From: Candidatus Eiseniibacteriota bacterium
GTDB lineage: Bacteria > Eisenbacteria > RBG-16-71-46
DNA length: 64,000 bases
Direction of reading: 5' to 3'
Assembly (NCBI GenBank): GCA_044222065.1
Contig: JBGAOA010000007.1
Span: 6,462-70,461, forward strand
Shown piece by piece: positions 1 through 9,483 of the stretch. Position numbers and translations under genes: made by a program. Numbering within the stretch: position 1 is the first letter of the stretch; each line of letters starts with the position of its first letter. Under the pieces are notes generated by a model. That model was given only the letters and a program-made list of their open reading frames with translations, was not told the DNA's origin and made no database searches.

Positions 1-2
1 CG

Positions 3-368
3 ACGCATCGCGAGCTGGTTCCGCTCGCGGGGGGCGCCGTGCTGCTCGACACGCCCGGCCTGCGGCTGCTCAAGCTGTGGTCCGCCGAGGACGGGATCGC
101 CGGCGTCTTTCCGGACGTGGCGGGCTTCGCGGCCTCGTGCCGCTTTCGCGACTGCCGGCACGCCGAGGAACCCGGCTGCGCCGTGCGCGCGGCGGCGGAC
201 TCGGGCGCGCTTCCGGCCGAGCGGCTCGCGGCGTGGCGCAAGCTCGTGCGCGAGCAGGAGTGGCTCGAAGCCCGGCAGGACGCCCGCCTCCGGGCGCAGC
301 GCGAGGCCCGGTGGAAGGCGATCCACAACAGCCTCAAGCACCACCCGAAGTTCCGTCGCGAGCGCTGA
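3..368 (+). CDS. rsgA: Ribosome small-subunit-dependent GTPase RsgA, C-terminal part; the 5' end lies upstream of the window
   Basis: The frame is open from the window edge. It contains the LLDTPGL motif and the C-terminal zinc finger CRFRDCRHAEEPGCAV that is characteristic of RsgA/YjeQ. Confidence 0.8.
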   Translation, partial: THRELVPLAGGAVLLDTPGLRLLKLWSAEDGIAGVFPDVAGFAASCRFRDCRHAEEPGCAVRAAADSGALPAERLAAWRKLVREQEWLEARQDARLRAQREARWKAIHNSLKHHPKFRRER

Positions 369-530
369 GCGATGGGGGGAGCGGGCGGGACGCGGCCGCG
401 ATGCCGCGTGCCCGTGCGGCTTGTCTCGGACGGCCGGGTCGGGCGACACTGCCGCGATTCGATCCACCTTCCGGCGCGGCGACGAGCGCGCGCCGGGCAC
501 GCGCCGCCCGCTCCATTCCCGGGATCCGAC

Positions 531-1253
531 ATGGGACGCATCTTCGAAACACGCAAAGCCACGATGTTCGCGCGCTGGGACCGCATGTCCAAGGCGTTCT
601 CCCGCATCGGCAAGCAGATCGCGATCGCGGTCAAGGCCGGCGGGCCGAACCCCGACGACAATCCCGCCCTGCGGCGCTGCTTCCAGAACGCGCGCGCCGT
701 GAACATGCCGAAGGACAAGGTCGAAGGCGCGATCAAGCGCGCGCTCGGCAAGGACCAGACGGACTACCAGGAGATCGTGTACGAGGGCTACGGGCCGCAC
801 GGCGTCGCCGTGCTGGTCGAGGCCGCCACGGACAATCCGACGCGCACGGCGGGCAACGTGCGCTCGATCTTCAACAAGTACGAGGGCAACCTCGGTTCGA
901 GCGGCAGTGTCGCGTTCCAGTTCAAGCGCATGGGGGTCTTCCGTCTGAAGCCCGAAGGGCTCGATGCCGAGGCGCTCGAACTCGAGCTGATCGACTTCGG
1001 TCTCGAGGAGATGGGCGAGAGCACGGGCGAGAAGGGCGAACCGCAGCTCGTCGTGCGCTGCGGGTTCTCGGACTTCGGACACCTGCAGAAGGCGCTCGAG
1101 GACCGCAAGCTCACGCCGATCTCGGCCGAGTCCGAATTCATCCCGACGACTCCCGTGCATCTGCCCGAAGATCAGGCGACCGCCGTGCTCAAGCTCGTGG
1201 ACTCGCTCGAGCAGGACGACGACGTGCAGAAGGTCTTCCACAACCTGGGCTGA
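531..1253 (+). CDS. yebC: YebC/PmpR family DNA-binding transcriptional regulator
   Basis: A 240-aa protein starting [21 protein letters not shown]... with the [12 protein letters not shown] and KAIKRA-like segments of the YebC (DUF28) family. Start taken at the ATG at 531 inside a longer ORF. Confidence 0.88.
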   Translation: MGRIFETRKATMFARWDRMSKAFSRIGKQIAIAVKAGGPNPDDNPALRRCFQNARAVNMPKDKVEGAIKRALGKDQTDYQEIVYEGYGPHGVAVLVEAATDNPTRTAGNVRSIFNKYEGNLGSSGSVAFQFKRMGVFRLKPEGLDAEALELELIDFGLEEMGESTGEKGEPQLVVRCGFSDFGHLQKALEDRKLTPISAESEFIPTTPVHLPEDQATAVLKLVDSLEQDDDVQKVFHNLG

Positions 1254-1293
1254 TCGCGTCGCGTTCCGCCCCGGTTCGCGATGTTTAGAAGCA

Positions 1294-1332
1294 CGCGACC
1301 CCCGACTCCACTCGCGGGTCGTTCGTTTTCTC
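1294..1332 (+). terminator. Putative intrinsic terminator after yebC
   Basis: Stem CGACCC(1296-1301)/GGGTCG(1316-1321) followed by TTCGTTTTCTCC. Confidence 0.5.
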
Positions 1333-1480
1333 CGGTGAGGGTGGATTTCTATTGAGCGGCGCGCGCGCGGTCCCTAGGCTGAGCGGCGGCAATCCGTCCC
1401 TCGCGTGCCGCTCCGGATCCGGGCCGAAACCCTGCTTCCCTGCGCCCCGCCGACACTCGTCTCTCTTGCTGGAGGCTCCC

Positions 1481-4400
1481 GTGTCCCCATCCCTTGCCCC
1501 GCGCGTCCCACGCGCACTGTTGTCGGTTCTGCTGGCGCTGGCCGCCCTGCTTCCGGCGGCCGGAGTCCAGGCCAAGAAGGCGCCCGAGACGTCGGCGAAG
1601 CGCGCCGCGCTGCTCGCGCGGCCGCTCATGCTGCGCGACATCGAGAACGGCGGCGCGCTGCAGAAGAGCGGCGGCGCGCAGTCGAGCATCGGCACGGCGA
1701 CGGGCCGCCTGCTGCGCTACTGGCGCATGACGCCGGACCGCGGCGGCGTGTCGTCCACGGCGCCCCGCGCGATCGCCGAGTCGTACCTGACCTCGAACGC
1801 GGCGCGTCTCGGCCTCGTGGCTTCGAAGCTCGGCGACGACCTGTCGCTGTTCTCCGAGAAGGCGTCGCCGTCGGGCACGCACGTCCGCTACCAGCAGCAG
1901 GTGAACGGCGTGCCGGTGTATCGCGGCGACCTCGTGATCAAGGTGTCGAACGGCGGACAGATCTCGTCGGTGATGAACAACCTCCGTCCCGACGTGCAGA
2001 TCGACACGCAGCCGGCGTTCGACGCGAAGCGGGCGATCGAACTCGGCGCCGCGGCGATCGCGCCGACCGGGAAGGCGATCGGCACGTATCGCGCGGACCT
2101 CGAGGTGTTCGACCTCGAAGGCGGCGCGCGGCTCGGCTATCGCGTCAGCATTCCGAACGAAGATCCGATGGGCGACTGGCAGGTGTTCGTGGACGCGAAG
2201 GACGGCAAGGTTCTCGGCATCGTGGACCGCGCCCAGTACGCGGACGGCACCGGCCAGGTCTTCGATCCCGATCCGCGCAGCAAGATGAGCGACAGCTCGT
2301 TCGTGGACAGCGGCGACGCCGACTCGGCGGTGCCGTTCCCGGCCGCGTACGACATCGTGAACCTGCTCGGCATGACGTTCTCGGCCGGCACGTACTCGCT
2401 GAGCGGCCCGTACGCGCAGCTCATCGACAACGAATCGCCGACCGTGGTGCCCGTCACCGCGACGCACGCCGACAGCTTCCGCTACCAGCGCAGCCCGTCG
2501 GGCTTCGAGGACGTGATGTGCTACTGGCAGCTGGACATGAGCCAGCGCTACATCCAGAGCCTCGGCTTCACGAACGTGAACAACCGCGTGCAGGGCGTGG
2601 ACTCGCACGGCCTCTCCGGCGCGGACAACTCGCATTACGTTCCTTCGACCGGAAACCTCGCGTTCGGCGAGGGCGGCATCGACGACGACGAAGACGCGGA
2701 CGTGATCTGGCACGAGTACGGCCACTCCATCCAGGACAACATCGTTCCGGGCTGGGGCGGCGGCCAGGAAGGCGCGATGGGCGAGGGCTTCGGTGACTAC
2801 TGGGCCCACTCGTACTCGCTGTTCAAGGCCCCGGGATTCCAGCCGCTGCACGTGTTCACGTGGGACGGCAACGGCGAGACGTGGCCGGGCCGCGTCGCGA
2901 TCGACGTGACGATGCACTATCCCGAGAACTGCTGCGGTGAGGTGCACGATTCCGGCACGCTGTGGTGCTCGGGCCTCATCGACGCCTACAACTCGGTCGG
3001 CCGGACGGCCATGGACCGCATCGTGCTCGACCACCACTTCGCCCTCGGCACGAGTGCGACGATGGCGGACGCGGCGGCGCAGATCATCCAGTCCGACTTC
3101 GACCTCTACGGCGGCGCGCACGTCTCGACGCTCGTCGCGAAGTTCGGGTTCTGGGGCTTCGTGAACCCGGCCGACTTCGTCCCGACGATCACGCACACCC
3201 CGCGCACGGACACCGAGGCTTCCGGCCCGTACGCGATCGTCGCGACGATCACGTCGGTGCAGCCGCTCGACCCGACGTCTCTCAAGGTCCACTACGGCGT
3301 CGGCGCCTTCACGAACGAAGTCACGATGACGCCGACCGCGAATCCGAACGAATACTCCGCTTCGATTCCGGATCTCGGTTCGAACGTCGACATCCGCTAC
3401 TACATCATCGCGAGCGACAACGTGGGCGGCACGTCCACGCACCCGGTCAATGCTCCGACCGCGTTCCACCAGTTCCACGTCGGTCCGGACGTGACGGCGC
3501 CGGTGATCACGCACACGGCGATCGGCAACTTCCCGCAGATCCAGTGGCCGGCGACGGTCAACGTGACCGTGACGGACAACCTCGGCGTGAACGCCGACTC
3601 GGTGCGCGTGAACTGGCAGAAGAACGGCGTTTCGCGCGGCGCGTTCTACCTGACGCGCGTCGGCCTCACGAACAACTGGACCGGCGCGTTCCCGGGCGTC
3701 AACGCGGACGTGTCGGTGGGCGACGTGATCGACTACCGCATCACGGCGCGCGACGTGGCTTCGACGCCGAACGTCGCGACGCATCCGGCGGTCGGCTTCC
3801 ACACGTTCAACATCATCGCGAGCCGCGGCACGATCCTCGTGCTCGACGACGACGAAGTGGCCTCGCACTCGGCGGCGAAGCAGCTGACGGGCGAAGAGGC
3901 GAAGGCGGCGTCGGAAGCGGCGTCGGCGAAGCCGGCCGGTCCGCAGGGCCTGTCCGCGACGAACATCGCGGCGATCCTGAACGCGCGCGGCTTCACGGCG
4001 ACGGTCGAGGCGGCGAACACCTCGAACCCGGCGACGTGGTCGAACTACCAGCTGCTCGTGTCCTCGAGCGGCGGCAACGAGGGTCCGGTCGCAAACGCGG
4101 CGTACCGCACCGCGATCGAGAACTGGGTGGCGGGCGGCGGCAAGCTGCTCGTCGAAGGCGGCGAGGTCGCCTACGACGCCGCGTCGACGCCCGGCTATCC
4201 GACGTTCGCGGCGAACGTGCTCCACACGATCGACTGGGACGCGGACAACGCCGGCGCGCTGACGCTGCTCACGCCGGGACATCCGATCGCGACGACGCCG
4301 TACGCGATTCCGTCCGGGCTGGCGATCAACTACACGGCGTTCGGCAGCGAGGACTCGTACAAGCCGGTGGCGCCCGCGTACATCGTGTACGGCGTCACGG

Positions 4401-5524
4401 CGCAAGCCGGCAACGGCGGCATCCTCGTGTACGACGACACGCCGTCGCCGCAGAGCGCGCAGATCGTCGTGTTCGGCTTCGACTTCAAGGACCTCGCCGA
4501 CGCGACCGCGGCGGCGAACCTGCTCGACAACACGGCGACCTATCTGCTGGCGTCCGAGGGCGCGCCGACCGGCGCGATCGCCGGCCAGGTGCTGCTGTCC
4601 GGCACGTTGAATCACGCCGGCACGACCGTGACGCTGTCGCCGGGCGGCGCTTCGACGACGACGGACGCTCTCGGCAACTACTCGTTCGGCAGCCTCTACC
4701 CGGCGACGTACTCCGCGAGCGTGACGCACGCGGGCTACACGTCGGGCGGCGCGTCGGGAATCGTGGTGACCGGTGTCGGAACTGCGATCGTGCCGACGAT
4801 CGTGCTGTACCCGCAGGTGACGTATCAGTACTGCGCGTCGCCGGCGCTCGCGATTCCGGACAACAACCCGACGGGCGTGACGAGCAACCAGGTCGTGAGC
4901 GACGTGTTCGCGGTGGCGGGCGTCGAGGTGGACGTGAACATCACGCACACCTATCGCGGCGACCTCACGGTGGATCTGTCCAACGGCGTGCACACGGTGC
5001 GTCTGCACAACCGCACGGGCGGCAGCGCGGACAACATCGTCGGCACGTATCCGACGACGCTCACGGTCAACGGACCGGGCGCGCTCTCGGACTTCCTCGC
5101 CGACGGCTCCGCGCACACGTGGAGCCTCAAGGTGGTGGACGCCGCGAGCATCGACGTCGGCACCCTCAATTCGTGGTGTCTGCGGCTCAAGGCGGTTCCG
5201 GATTCGAGCGGAAACGTCGACGCGGGTCCGAGCGCGCTTCCGAAGGCGTTCGCGTTCGCGCCGGTCGCGCCGAACCCGGTGCGCGGCGGCCGCACGATGC
5301 TGCACTTCGCTCTGCCGTACGCCTCGGACGCTTCGCTCGCGATCTACGACGTCAGCGGACGCCTCGTGCGTTCGGTGGTGAAGGGGTCGCTCGAGGCCGG
5401 CAACCACGACGTCCTGTGGGACGGCCGCGACGAGAGCGGGACGCTCGTGCGTCCGGGTCTCTACCTGGCGAGCTTCCGCGCGGGGTCGTTCTCGGCCGCG
5501 CGCCGGATGGTGGTCGTGAAGTAA
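1481..5524 (+). CDS. Large secreted multi-domain zinc metalloprotease (clan MA, fungalysin/thermolysin-like HEYGH) with carboxypeptidase-regulatory-like and proprotein-convertase P domains and a Por-secretion-tail-like C-terminus
   Basis: GTG start at 1481, 5 nt after GGAGG, followed by signal peptide VSPSLAPRVPRALLSVLLALAALLPAAGVQA. Zinc-binding motif WHEYGHSIQD plus downstream EGFGDYWAHS. P-domain-like segment DLTVDLSNGVHTVRLHNRTGGSADN. C-terminal tail LAIYDVSGRLVRSV...WDGRDESG...GLYLASFRAG. The opposite-strand ORF 1349..5407 is an Arg-rich artefact. Confidence 0.82.
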   Translation: MSPSLAPRVPRALLSVLLALAALLPAAGVQAKKAPETSAKRAALLARPLMLRDIENGGALQKSGGAQSSIGTATGRLLRYWRMTPDRGGVSSTAPRAIAESYLTSNAARLGLVASKLGDDLSLFSEKASPSGTHVRYQQQVNGVPVYRGDLVIKVSNGGQISSVMNNLRPDVQIDTQPAFDAKRAIELGAAAIAPTGKAIGTYRADLEVFDLEGGARLGYRVSIPNEDPMGDWQVFVDAKDGKVLGIVDRAQYADGTGQVFDPDPRSKMSDSSFVDSGDADSAVPFPAAYDIVNLLGMTFSAGTYSLSGPYAQLIDNESPTVVPVTATHADSFRYQRSPSGFEDVMCYWQLDMSQRYIQSLGFTNVNNRVQGVDSHGLSGADNSHYVPSTGNLAFGEGGIDDDEDADVIWHEYGHSIQDNIVPGWGGGQEGAMGEGFGDYWAHSYSLFKAPGFQPLHVFTWDGNGETWPGRVAIDVTMHYPENCCGEVHDSGTLWCSGLIDAYNSVGRTAMDRIVLDHHFALGTSATMADAAAQIIQSDFDLYGGAHVSTLVAKFGFWGFVNPADFVPTITHTPRTDTEASGPYAIVATITSVQPLDPTSLKVHYGVGAFTNEVTMTPTANPNEYSASIPDLGSNVDIRYYIIASDNVGGTSTHPVNAPTAFHQFHVGPDVTAPVITHTAIGNFPQIQWPATVNVTVTDNLGVNADSVRVNWQKNGVSRGAFYLTRVGLTNNWTGAFPGVNADVSVGDVIDYRITARDVASTPNVATHPAVGFHTFNIIASRGTILVLDDDEVASHSAAKQLTGEEAKAASEAASAKPAGPQGLSATNIAAILNARGFTATVEAANTSNPATWSNYQLLVSSSGGNEGPVANAAYRTAIENWVAGGGKLLVEGGEVAYDAASTPGYPTFAANVLHTIDWDADNAGALTLLTPGHPIATTPYAIPSGLAINYTAFGSEDSYKPVAPAYIVYGVTAQAGNGGILVYDDTPSPQSAQIVVFGFDFKDLADATAAANLLDNTATYLLASEGAPTGAIAGQVLLSGTLNHAGTTVTLSPGGASTTTDALGNYSFGSLYPATYSASVTHAGYTSGGASGIVVTGVGTAIVPTIVLYPQVTYQYCASPALAIPDNNPTGVTSNQVVSDVFAVAGVEVDVNITHTYRGDLTVDLSNGVHTVRLHNRTGGSADNIVGTYPTTLTVNGPGALSDFLADGSAHTWSLKVVDAASIDVGTLNSWCLRLKAVPDSSGNVDAGPSALPKAFAFAPVAPNPVRGGRTMLHFALPYASDASLAIYDVSGRLVRSVVKGSLEAGNHDVLWDGRDESGTLVRPGLYLASFRAGSFSAARRMVVVK

Positions 5525-5553
5525 CGCGGTTCCCTGCAGCCTGTCGTACGCGC

Positions 5554-5590
5554 GGCCCCCGGGGTTTCGTCCCCGGGGGCCGTTCGCGTC
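5554..5590 (+). terminator. Strong GC hairpin downstream of the protease gene; possible terminator without a clear U-tract
   Basis: GGCCCCCGGGG-TTTCGT-CCCCGGGGGCC perfect 11-bp inverted repeat. Confidence 0.4.
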
Positions 5591-5874
5591 CGCGCAGGAA
5601 GGCGTGTCCGTTCGTCAGGACGGCCGCTCGTCTGTCAGGCAGGCCCTGACGGAGCGTCGGTCAGGGCGCGGACGAACGCGTGCTCGAGGGGCACCGAAGG
5701 CGCGCCAATCGCCCGCCCGAGCGCACTGGACCGCCGTCACGATCCGGTGGAACGACCGCGGCACGCGCCATGCCATGAAGCCTCCCGACGGGATTCCGAC
5801 GGTTTCGTCCGCCTCGGCGGTCCGGCCCGGATGGCGTGCTCGCCTGCGGACTTCCTCGCGCGAAGGAGGCTGCG

Positions 5875-6492
5875 ATGCGCGAATTACGCATTCACGGGCG
5901 CGGCGGGCAGGGAGCGGTGATCGCCTCCAAGCTGCTCGCGACGGCCCTGTTTCTCGAAGGCAAGTCGGTGCAGTCGTTCCCCGCGTTCGGCGTCGAGCGC
6001 CGCGGCGCCCCGGTCGCGGCGTTCCTGCGCGTGAGCGACGGACCGATCCTGCTGCGCTGCGAAGTGACGACGCCCGACGACCTCATCGTGCTCGATCCCA
6101 CGCTCGTCCGCGCCGTGGACGTGACGTCGGGCCTGAAGGACGGCGGAGGCATCCTGATCAACGCCGACGGCGGGCCCGAATCGTTCGCGGAACTCGGGCG
6201 CCGCTTCCGAGTCGGCACCGTGAACGCGAGCGCGATCGCGCAGCGTCACGGCCTCGGCTCGCGCACCCAGCCGATCGTGAACACCGCGATCCTCGGAGCG
6301 TTCGCGACGTTCTCGGGGCTCGTTTCGCTCGAGTCCGTGTGCCGGGCGATCGCGAGCGACGTGCCGATCAAGACCGATGCGAACGTCGCCGCGGCGCGCG
6401 AAGCGGGCGCGGCCGCGCTCGTGGTCGTCGCCGGGCAGGCCGCCGCACGTGCGTTCGGCCCCGCGGGCGGACCGGAGGTGCTCCGTGCCTGA
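5875..6492 (+). CDS. porG: 2-oxoacid (pyruvate):ferredoxin oxidoreductase gamma subunit
   Basis: MRELRIHGRGGQGAVIASKLL... is a typical PorG/KorG N-terminus. GAAGGAGG RBS lies upstream of the ATG at 5875. Confidence 0.88.
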   Translation: MRELRIHGRGGQGAVIASKLLATALFLEGKSVQSFPAFGVERRGAPVAAFLRVSDGPILLRCEVTTPDDLIVLDPTLVRAVDVTSGLKDGGGILINADGGPESFAELGRRFRVGTVNASAIAQRHGLGSRTQPIVNTAILGAFATFSGLVSLESVCRAIASDVPIKTDANVAAAREAGAAALVVVAGQAAARAFGPAGGPEVLRA

Positions 6493-8320
6493 CGCGCGCG
6501 CGAACTCCGATCTGCGGCACGGCGTGCCGCCCGTGGCGGTGAGCAGCACCTCGACCCGCGTCAACAAGACCGGGTCGTGGAAGTACATCCGGCCGATCTA
6601 TCGCGACCGCGTCGCGCCCTGCAACCAGGGCTGTCCGGTCGGCATCGACATCGAGGGCTACATGAACCTCGCGCGCGAGGGGCGGGTCACGGAGGCGCGC
6701 GACCTGCTGCTGCGCGAGAACCCGCTGCCCGCGACCACGGGCCGGGTCTGCTACCACCCGTGCGAGTCGTCCTGCAATCGCGCGTCGTTCGACCAGCCGG
6801 TCGCGATCCACGCGGTCGAGCGCATGCTCGGCGACCTCGCGCTCGAAGCGCCGGTCGAACGGCCGGAGCGCACGCGCGACGAAACGGTCGCCGTCGTCGG
6901 CGCGGGCCCCGCGGGGCTCGCGTGCGCGTACCACCTCGCGCGCCTCGGCTACGGCGTCACCGTGTACGATGCCGATCCGGAGCCGGGCGGCGTGCTGCGC
7001 TGGGGCATTCCCGAGTACCGGCTTCCGAAGCGCGTGCTCGCGGGCGAGATCGCGCGCATCCGGGCGCTCGGCGTGCAGTTCGAATCGGGCGTGCGCGTCG
7101 GCCGCGACCTGCCATTCGAGGGGCTCTCGAAGCACGACGCCGTGTTCCTCGCGACCGGCGTCCACCGGAGCCGTCCGCTCGGCATCCCGGGCGAGGACTT
7201 CTCCGGCGTGTGGCGCGGACTCGAGCTGCTGCGCCGCGTGAACGCGGGCGAACGTCCGGACCTCGGCCGGCGCGTCGTCGTCGTGGGCGGAGGCAATACC
7301 GCCATGGACTGCGCGCGCACCGCCGTGCGGCTCGGCGCCGAGGTGACGGTGCTGTACCGGCGCGGCCGCGCCGAGATGCCGGCCAATCACGAAGAGGTCG
7401 AAGAGGCGCTGCACGAAGGTGTGCGGTTCGGCTTCCTCGCGGCGCCGCTCGCCGTGCTCGCGGACGAACGCGCGCCGGAAGAGGACGCGCTCGAGGCCAT
7501 CGGCGATACGTTCGGCGAGTTCGAATCGCTCGATGCGCGCCCGCGCGTCGCCGGCCTGCGCTGCATCCGCATGCAGCTCGGCGCGCCGGACGCCTCGGGT
7601 CGCCGCCGTCCCGAGCCGGTCGAGGGCTCGGACTTCACGGTGCCGTGCGACACGCTCGTGACCGCGCTCGGCGAGGACGCGGAACTCGAGTACCTGCCGA
7701 AGGAGCTCCAGACGCGCGGCGGCGCGATGCACGTAAGCCCGCTCGGGGCGACGAGCCGCACCGCGGTGTTCGCCGGCGGCGACATTACCGAGGAGCCGCA
7801 CACGGTGGCGTTCGCGATCGGCTCCGGGAAGCGCGCCGCGGTCGGCATCGACCACTACCTGCGGCTGCTGAACGGCGAGGACTCCGACGCGGTCGAGATC
7901 GGGGAGTTGCGCTTCGGACCCGAGGGCAACGTCTCGGCGACCCGCTGGCGCGACGACGACCCGGTGCTGCGCGTGGATCCGGTGAACGAGGTCGTGCGCT
8001 TCGAGGCCATCAACCCGGCGCACTTCGAGCACGCCGCGCGGCACGCGGACCGGCTGCGGCCGGCGCACGACTCCCGCCACGACTTCGGCGAAGCGAACCT
8101 CGGGCTCGCCCGCGAGGACGCGCTCGCCGAGGCGCGGCGCTGCTTCAACTGCGGCGTCTGCAACGGCTGCGAAGTGTGCCTCGTGTTCTGTCCCGACGTG
8201 GCGATCTCGCGGCGTTCGGACGGACGCTTCGACATCGCCTACGACTACTGCAAGGGCTGCGGCGTGTGCGCCGAGGAGTGCCCGCGCGGTTCGATCGTGA
8301 TGACGCGGGAGGGACTGTGA
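6485..8320 (+). CDS. Fusion protein: GltD-like NAD(P)H/FAD oxidoreductase (N-terminal Fe-S, FAD and NAD Rossmann motifs) joined to a C-terminal 2x[4Fe-4S] ferredoxin (PorD-like delta subunit)
   Basis: GTG at 6485 overlaps the porG stop. The N-terminal Cys cluster CNQGCPVG...CYHPCESSCNRA resembles GltD. Dinucleotide-binding motifs VAVVGAGPAGLACA and VVVVGGGNTAMDCA are present. The C-terminus carries CFNCGVCNGCEVCLVFCP...CKGCGVCAEECP, two ferredoxin CxxCxxCxxxCP motifs. It sits in the canonical porD position. Confidence 0.8.
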   Translation: MPDARANSDLRHGVPPVAVSSTSTRVNKTGSWKYIRPIYRDRVAPCNQGCPVGIDIEGYMNLAREGRVTEARDLLLRENPLPATTGRVCYHPCESSCNRASFDQPVAIHAVERMLGDLALEAPVERPERTRDETVAVVGAGPAGLACAYHLARLGYGVTVYDADPEPGGVLRWGIPEYRLPKRVLAGEIARIRALGVQFESGVRVGRDLPFEGLSKHDAVFLATGVHRSRPLGIPGEDFSGVWRGLELLRRVNAGERPDLGRRVVVVGGGNTAMDCARTAVRLGAEVTVLYRRGRAEMPANHEEVEEALHEGVRFGFLAAPLAVLADERAPEEDALEAIGDTFGEFESLDARPRVAGLRCIRMQLGAPDASGRRRPEPVEGSDFTVPCDTLVTALGEDAELEYLPKELQTRGGAMHVSPLGATSRTAVFAGGDITEEPHTVAFAIGSGKRAAVGIDHYLRLLNGEDSDAVEIGELRFGPEGNVSATRWRDDDPVLRVDPVNEVVRFEAINPAHFEHAARHADRLRPAHDSRHDFGEANLGLAREDALAEARRCFNCGVCNGCEVCLVFCPDVAISRRSDGRFDIAYDYCKGCGVCAEECPRGSIVMTREGL

Positions 8321-9483
8321 AGAAAGTCATCGTGGGCAACCACGCCGTCTCGTGGGGCGTCGCGCTCGCGCGCGCCGAAGTCATCGCCGCGTATCCGATC
8401 ACGCCGCAGACGCAGATCGTCGAGGAGCTGGCCGAGATGACGGACGACGGCCGGCTGAACGCACGCTTCATCAAGGTCGAGTCCGAGCACTCCGCGATGG
8501 CGGCGTGCATCGGCGCCTCGGCCGCGGGCGTGCGCGCGTTCACGGCCACGTCCTCACAGGGCCTGCTGCTCATGCACGAACTGCTGCACTGGGCGGGCCT
8601 CGGACGGCTGCCGATCGTGATGGCCGACATCAATCGCGCGGTCGCTCCCGGCTGGAACATCTGGACCGACCAGAACGACACGCTCGCCCAGCGCGACACG
8701 GGCTGGGTGCAGCTCTACTGCGAGAACAACCAGGAAGTGCTCGACACGACCGTGCAGGCGTTCAAGCTCGCCGAGCGCGTCGGGCTGCCGGTGATGATCG
8801 TGCTCGACGCGTTCTTCCTGTCGCACACGTCCGAGCCGGTGGACATCCCGGACGCCGCGGACGTGGACGCGTTCCTGCCGAAGCGCGACGCCGCGCTCAA
8901 GCTCGACACCGCGGACCCGCACGCGTTCGGCGCGCTGACGACGCCGGCCGTGTACATGGAGATGCGGCTGCGCCAGCAGGAGGCCTTCGACGGCGTGCCG
9001 GATGCCTACCGCGCGATCGACGCGGAGTGGGCCGCGCGCTTCGGGCGCTCGTGGTCGCCGGTCGAGGCCTATCGCTGCGACGGGGCGGACACGGTGCTCG
9101 TCACGTCCGGGACCGTGACCTCGACCGCGCGCCACGTCGTGAACGAGCGGCGCGCGCGCGGCGAGAAGGTCGGCCTCGTGAAGGTGAAGATGTTCCGGCC
9201 CTTCCCGACGCACCTCCTGCGCGAGACGCTCGCCGGGATCCCGCGCGTCGCGGTGCTCGATCGCAACATCTCGCCGGGGCACGGCGGGATCTTCGCCGAG
9301 GAGCTGCGTTCGTCGCTCTACGACCTCGCGGACTGGCTGCGCCCGCGCGTGGACGGCTACATCGTCGGGCTCGGCGGGCGCGACGTGACGCCGGCCGTGA
9401 TCGAGGAGTGCCTCGACCGCACCCGCGCGAAGGCGGCGTCGAGTTCGGTCCGGGAAGACCAGTGGGTGGGGGTGAAGCCATGA
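8317..9483 (+). CDS. porA: 2-oxoacid:ferredoxin oxidoreductase alpha subunit
   Basis: GTG at 8317 overlaps the upstream stop (GTGA). VKKVIVGNHAVSWGVALARAEVIAAYPITPQTQIVEEL is a typical PorA N-terminus. Confidence 0.9.
   Translation: MKKVIVGNHAVSWGVALARAEVIAAYPITPQTQIVEELAEMTDDGRLNARFIKVESEHSAMAACIGASAAGVRAFTATSSQGLLLMHELLHWAGLGRLPIVMADINRAVAPGWNIWTDQNDTLAQRDTGWVQLYCENNQEVLDTTVQAFKLAERVGLPVMIVLDAFFLSHTSEPVDIPDAADVDAFLPKRDAALKLDTADPHAFGALTTPAVYMEMRLRQQEAFDGVPDAYRAIDAEWAARFGRSWSPVEAYRCDGADTVLVTSGTVTSTARHVVNERRARGEKVGLVKVKMFRPFPTHLLRETLAGIPRVAVLDRNISPGHGGIFAEELRSSLYDLADWLRPRVDGYIVGLGGRDVTPAVIEECLDRTRAKAASSSVREDQWVGVKP

Noticed and set aside
1349-5407. 1352-aa minus-strand ORF antisense to the big protease gene
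   Set aside because: Its translation is ~40% Arg/Asp/Val/His with no motifs. It is a typical high-GC antisense artefact. The plus-strand frame carries the signal peptide, HExxH and conserved domains.
6368-8080. 570-aa minus-strand ORF and the 647-aa and 968-aa plus-strand 5' extensions across the por operon
   Set aside because: They are Arg-rich and out of frame with the motif-bearing por genes. The true starts were set where RBS or start-stop coupling and family N-termini agree.
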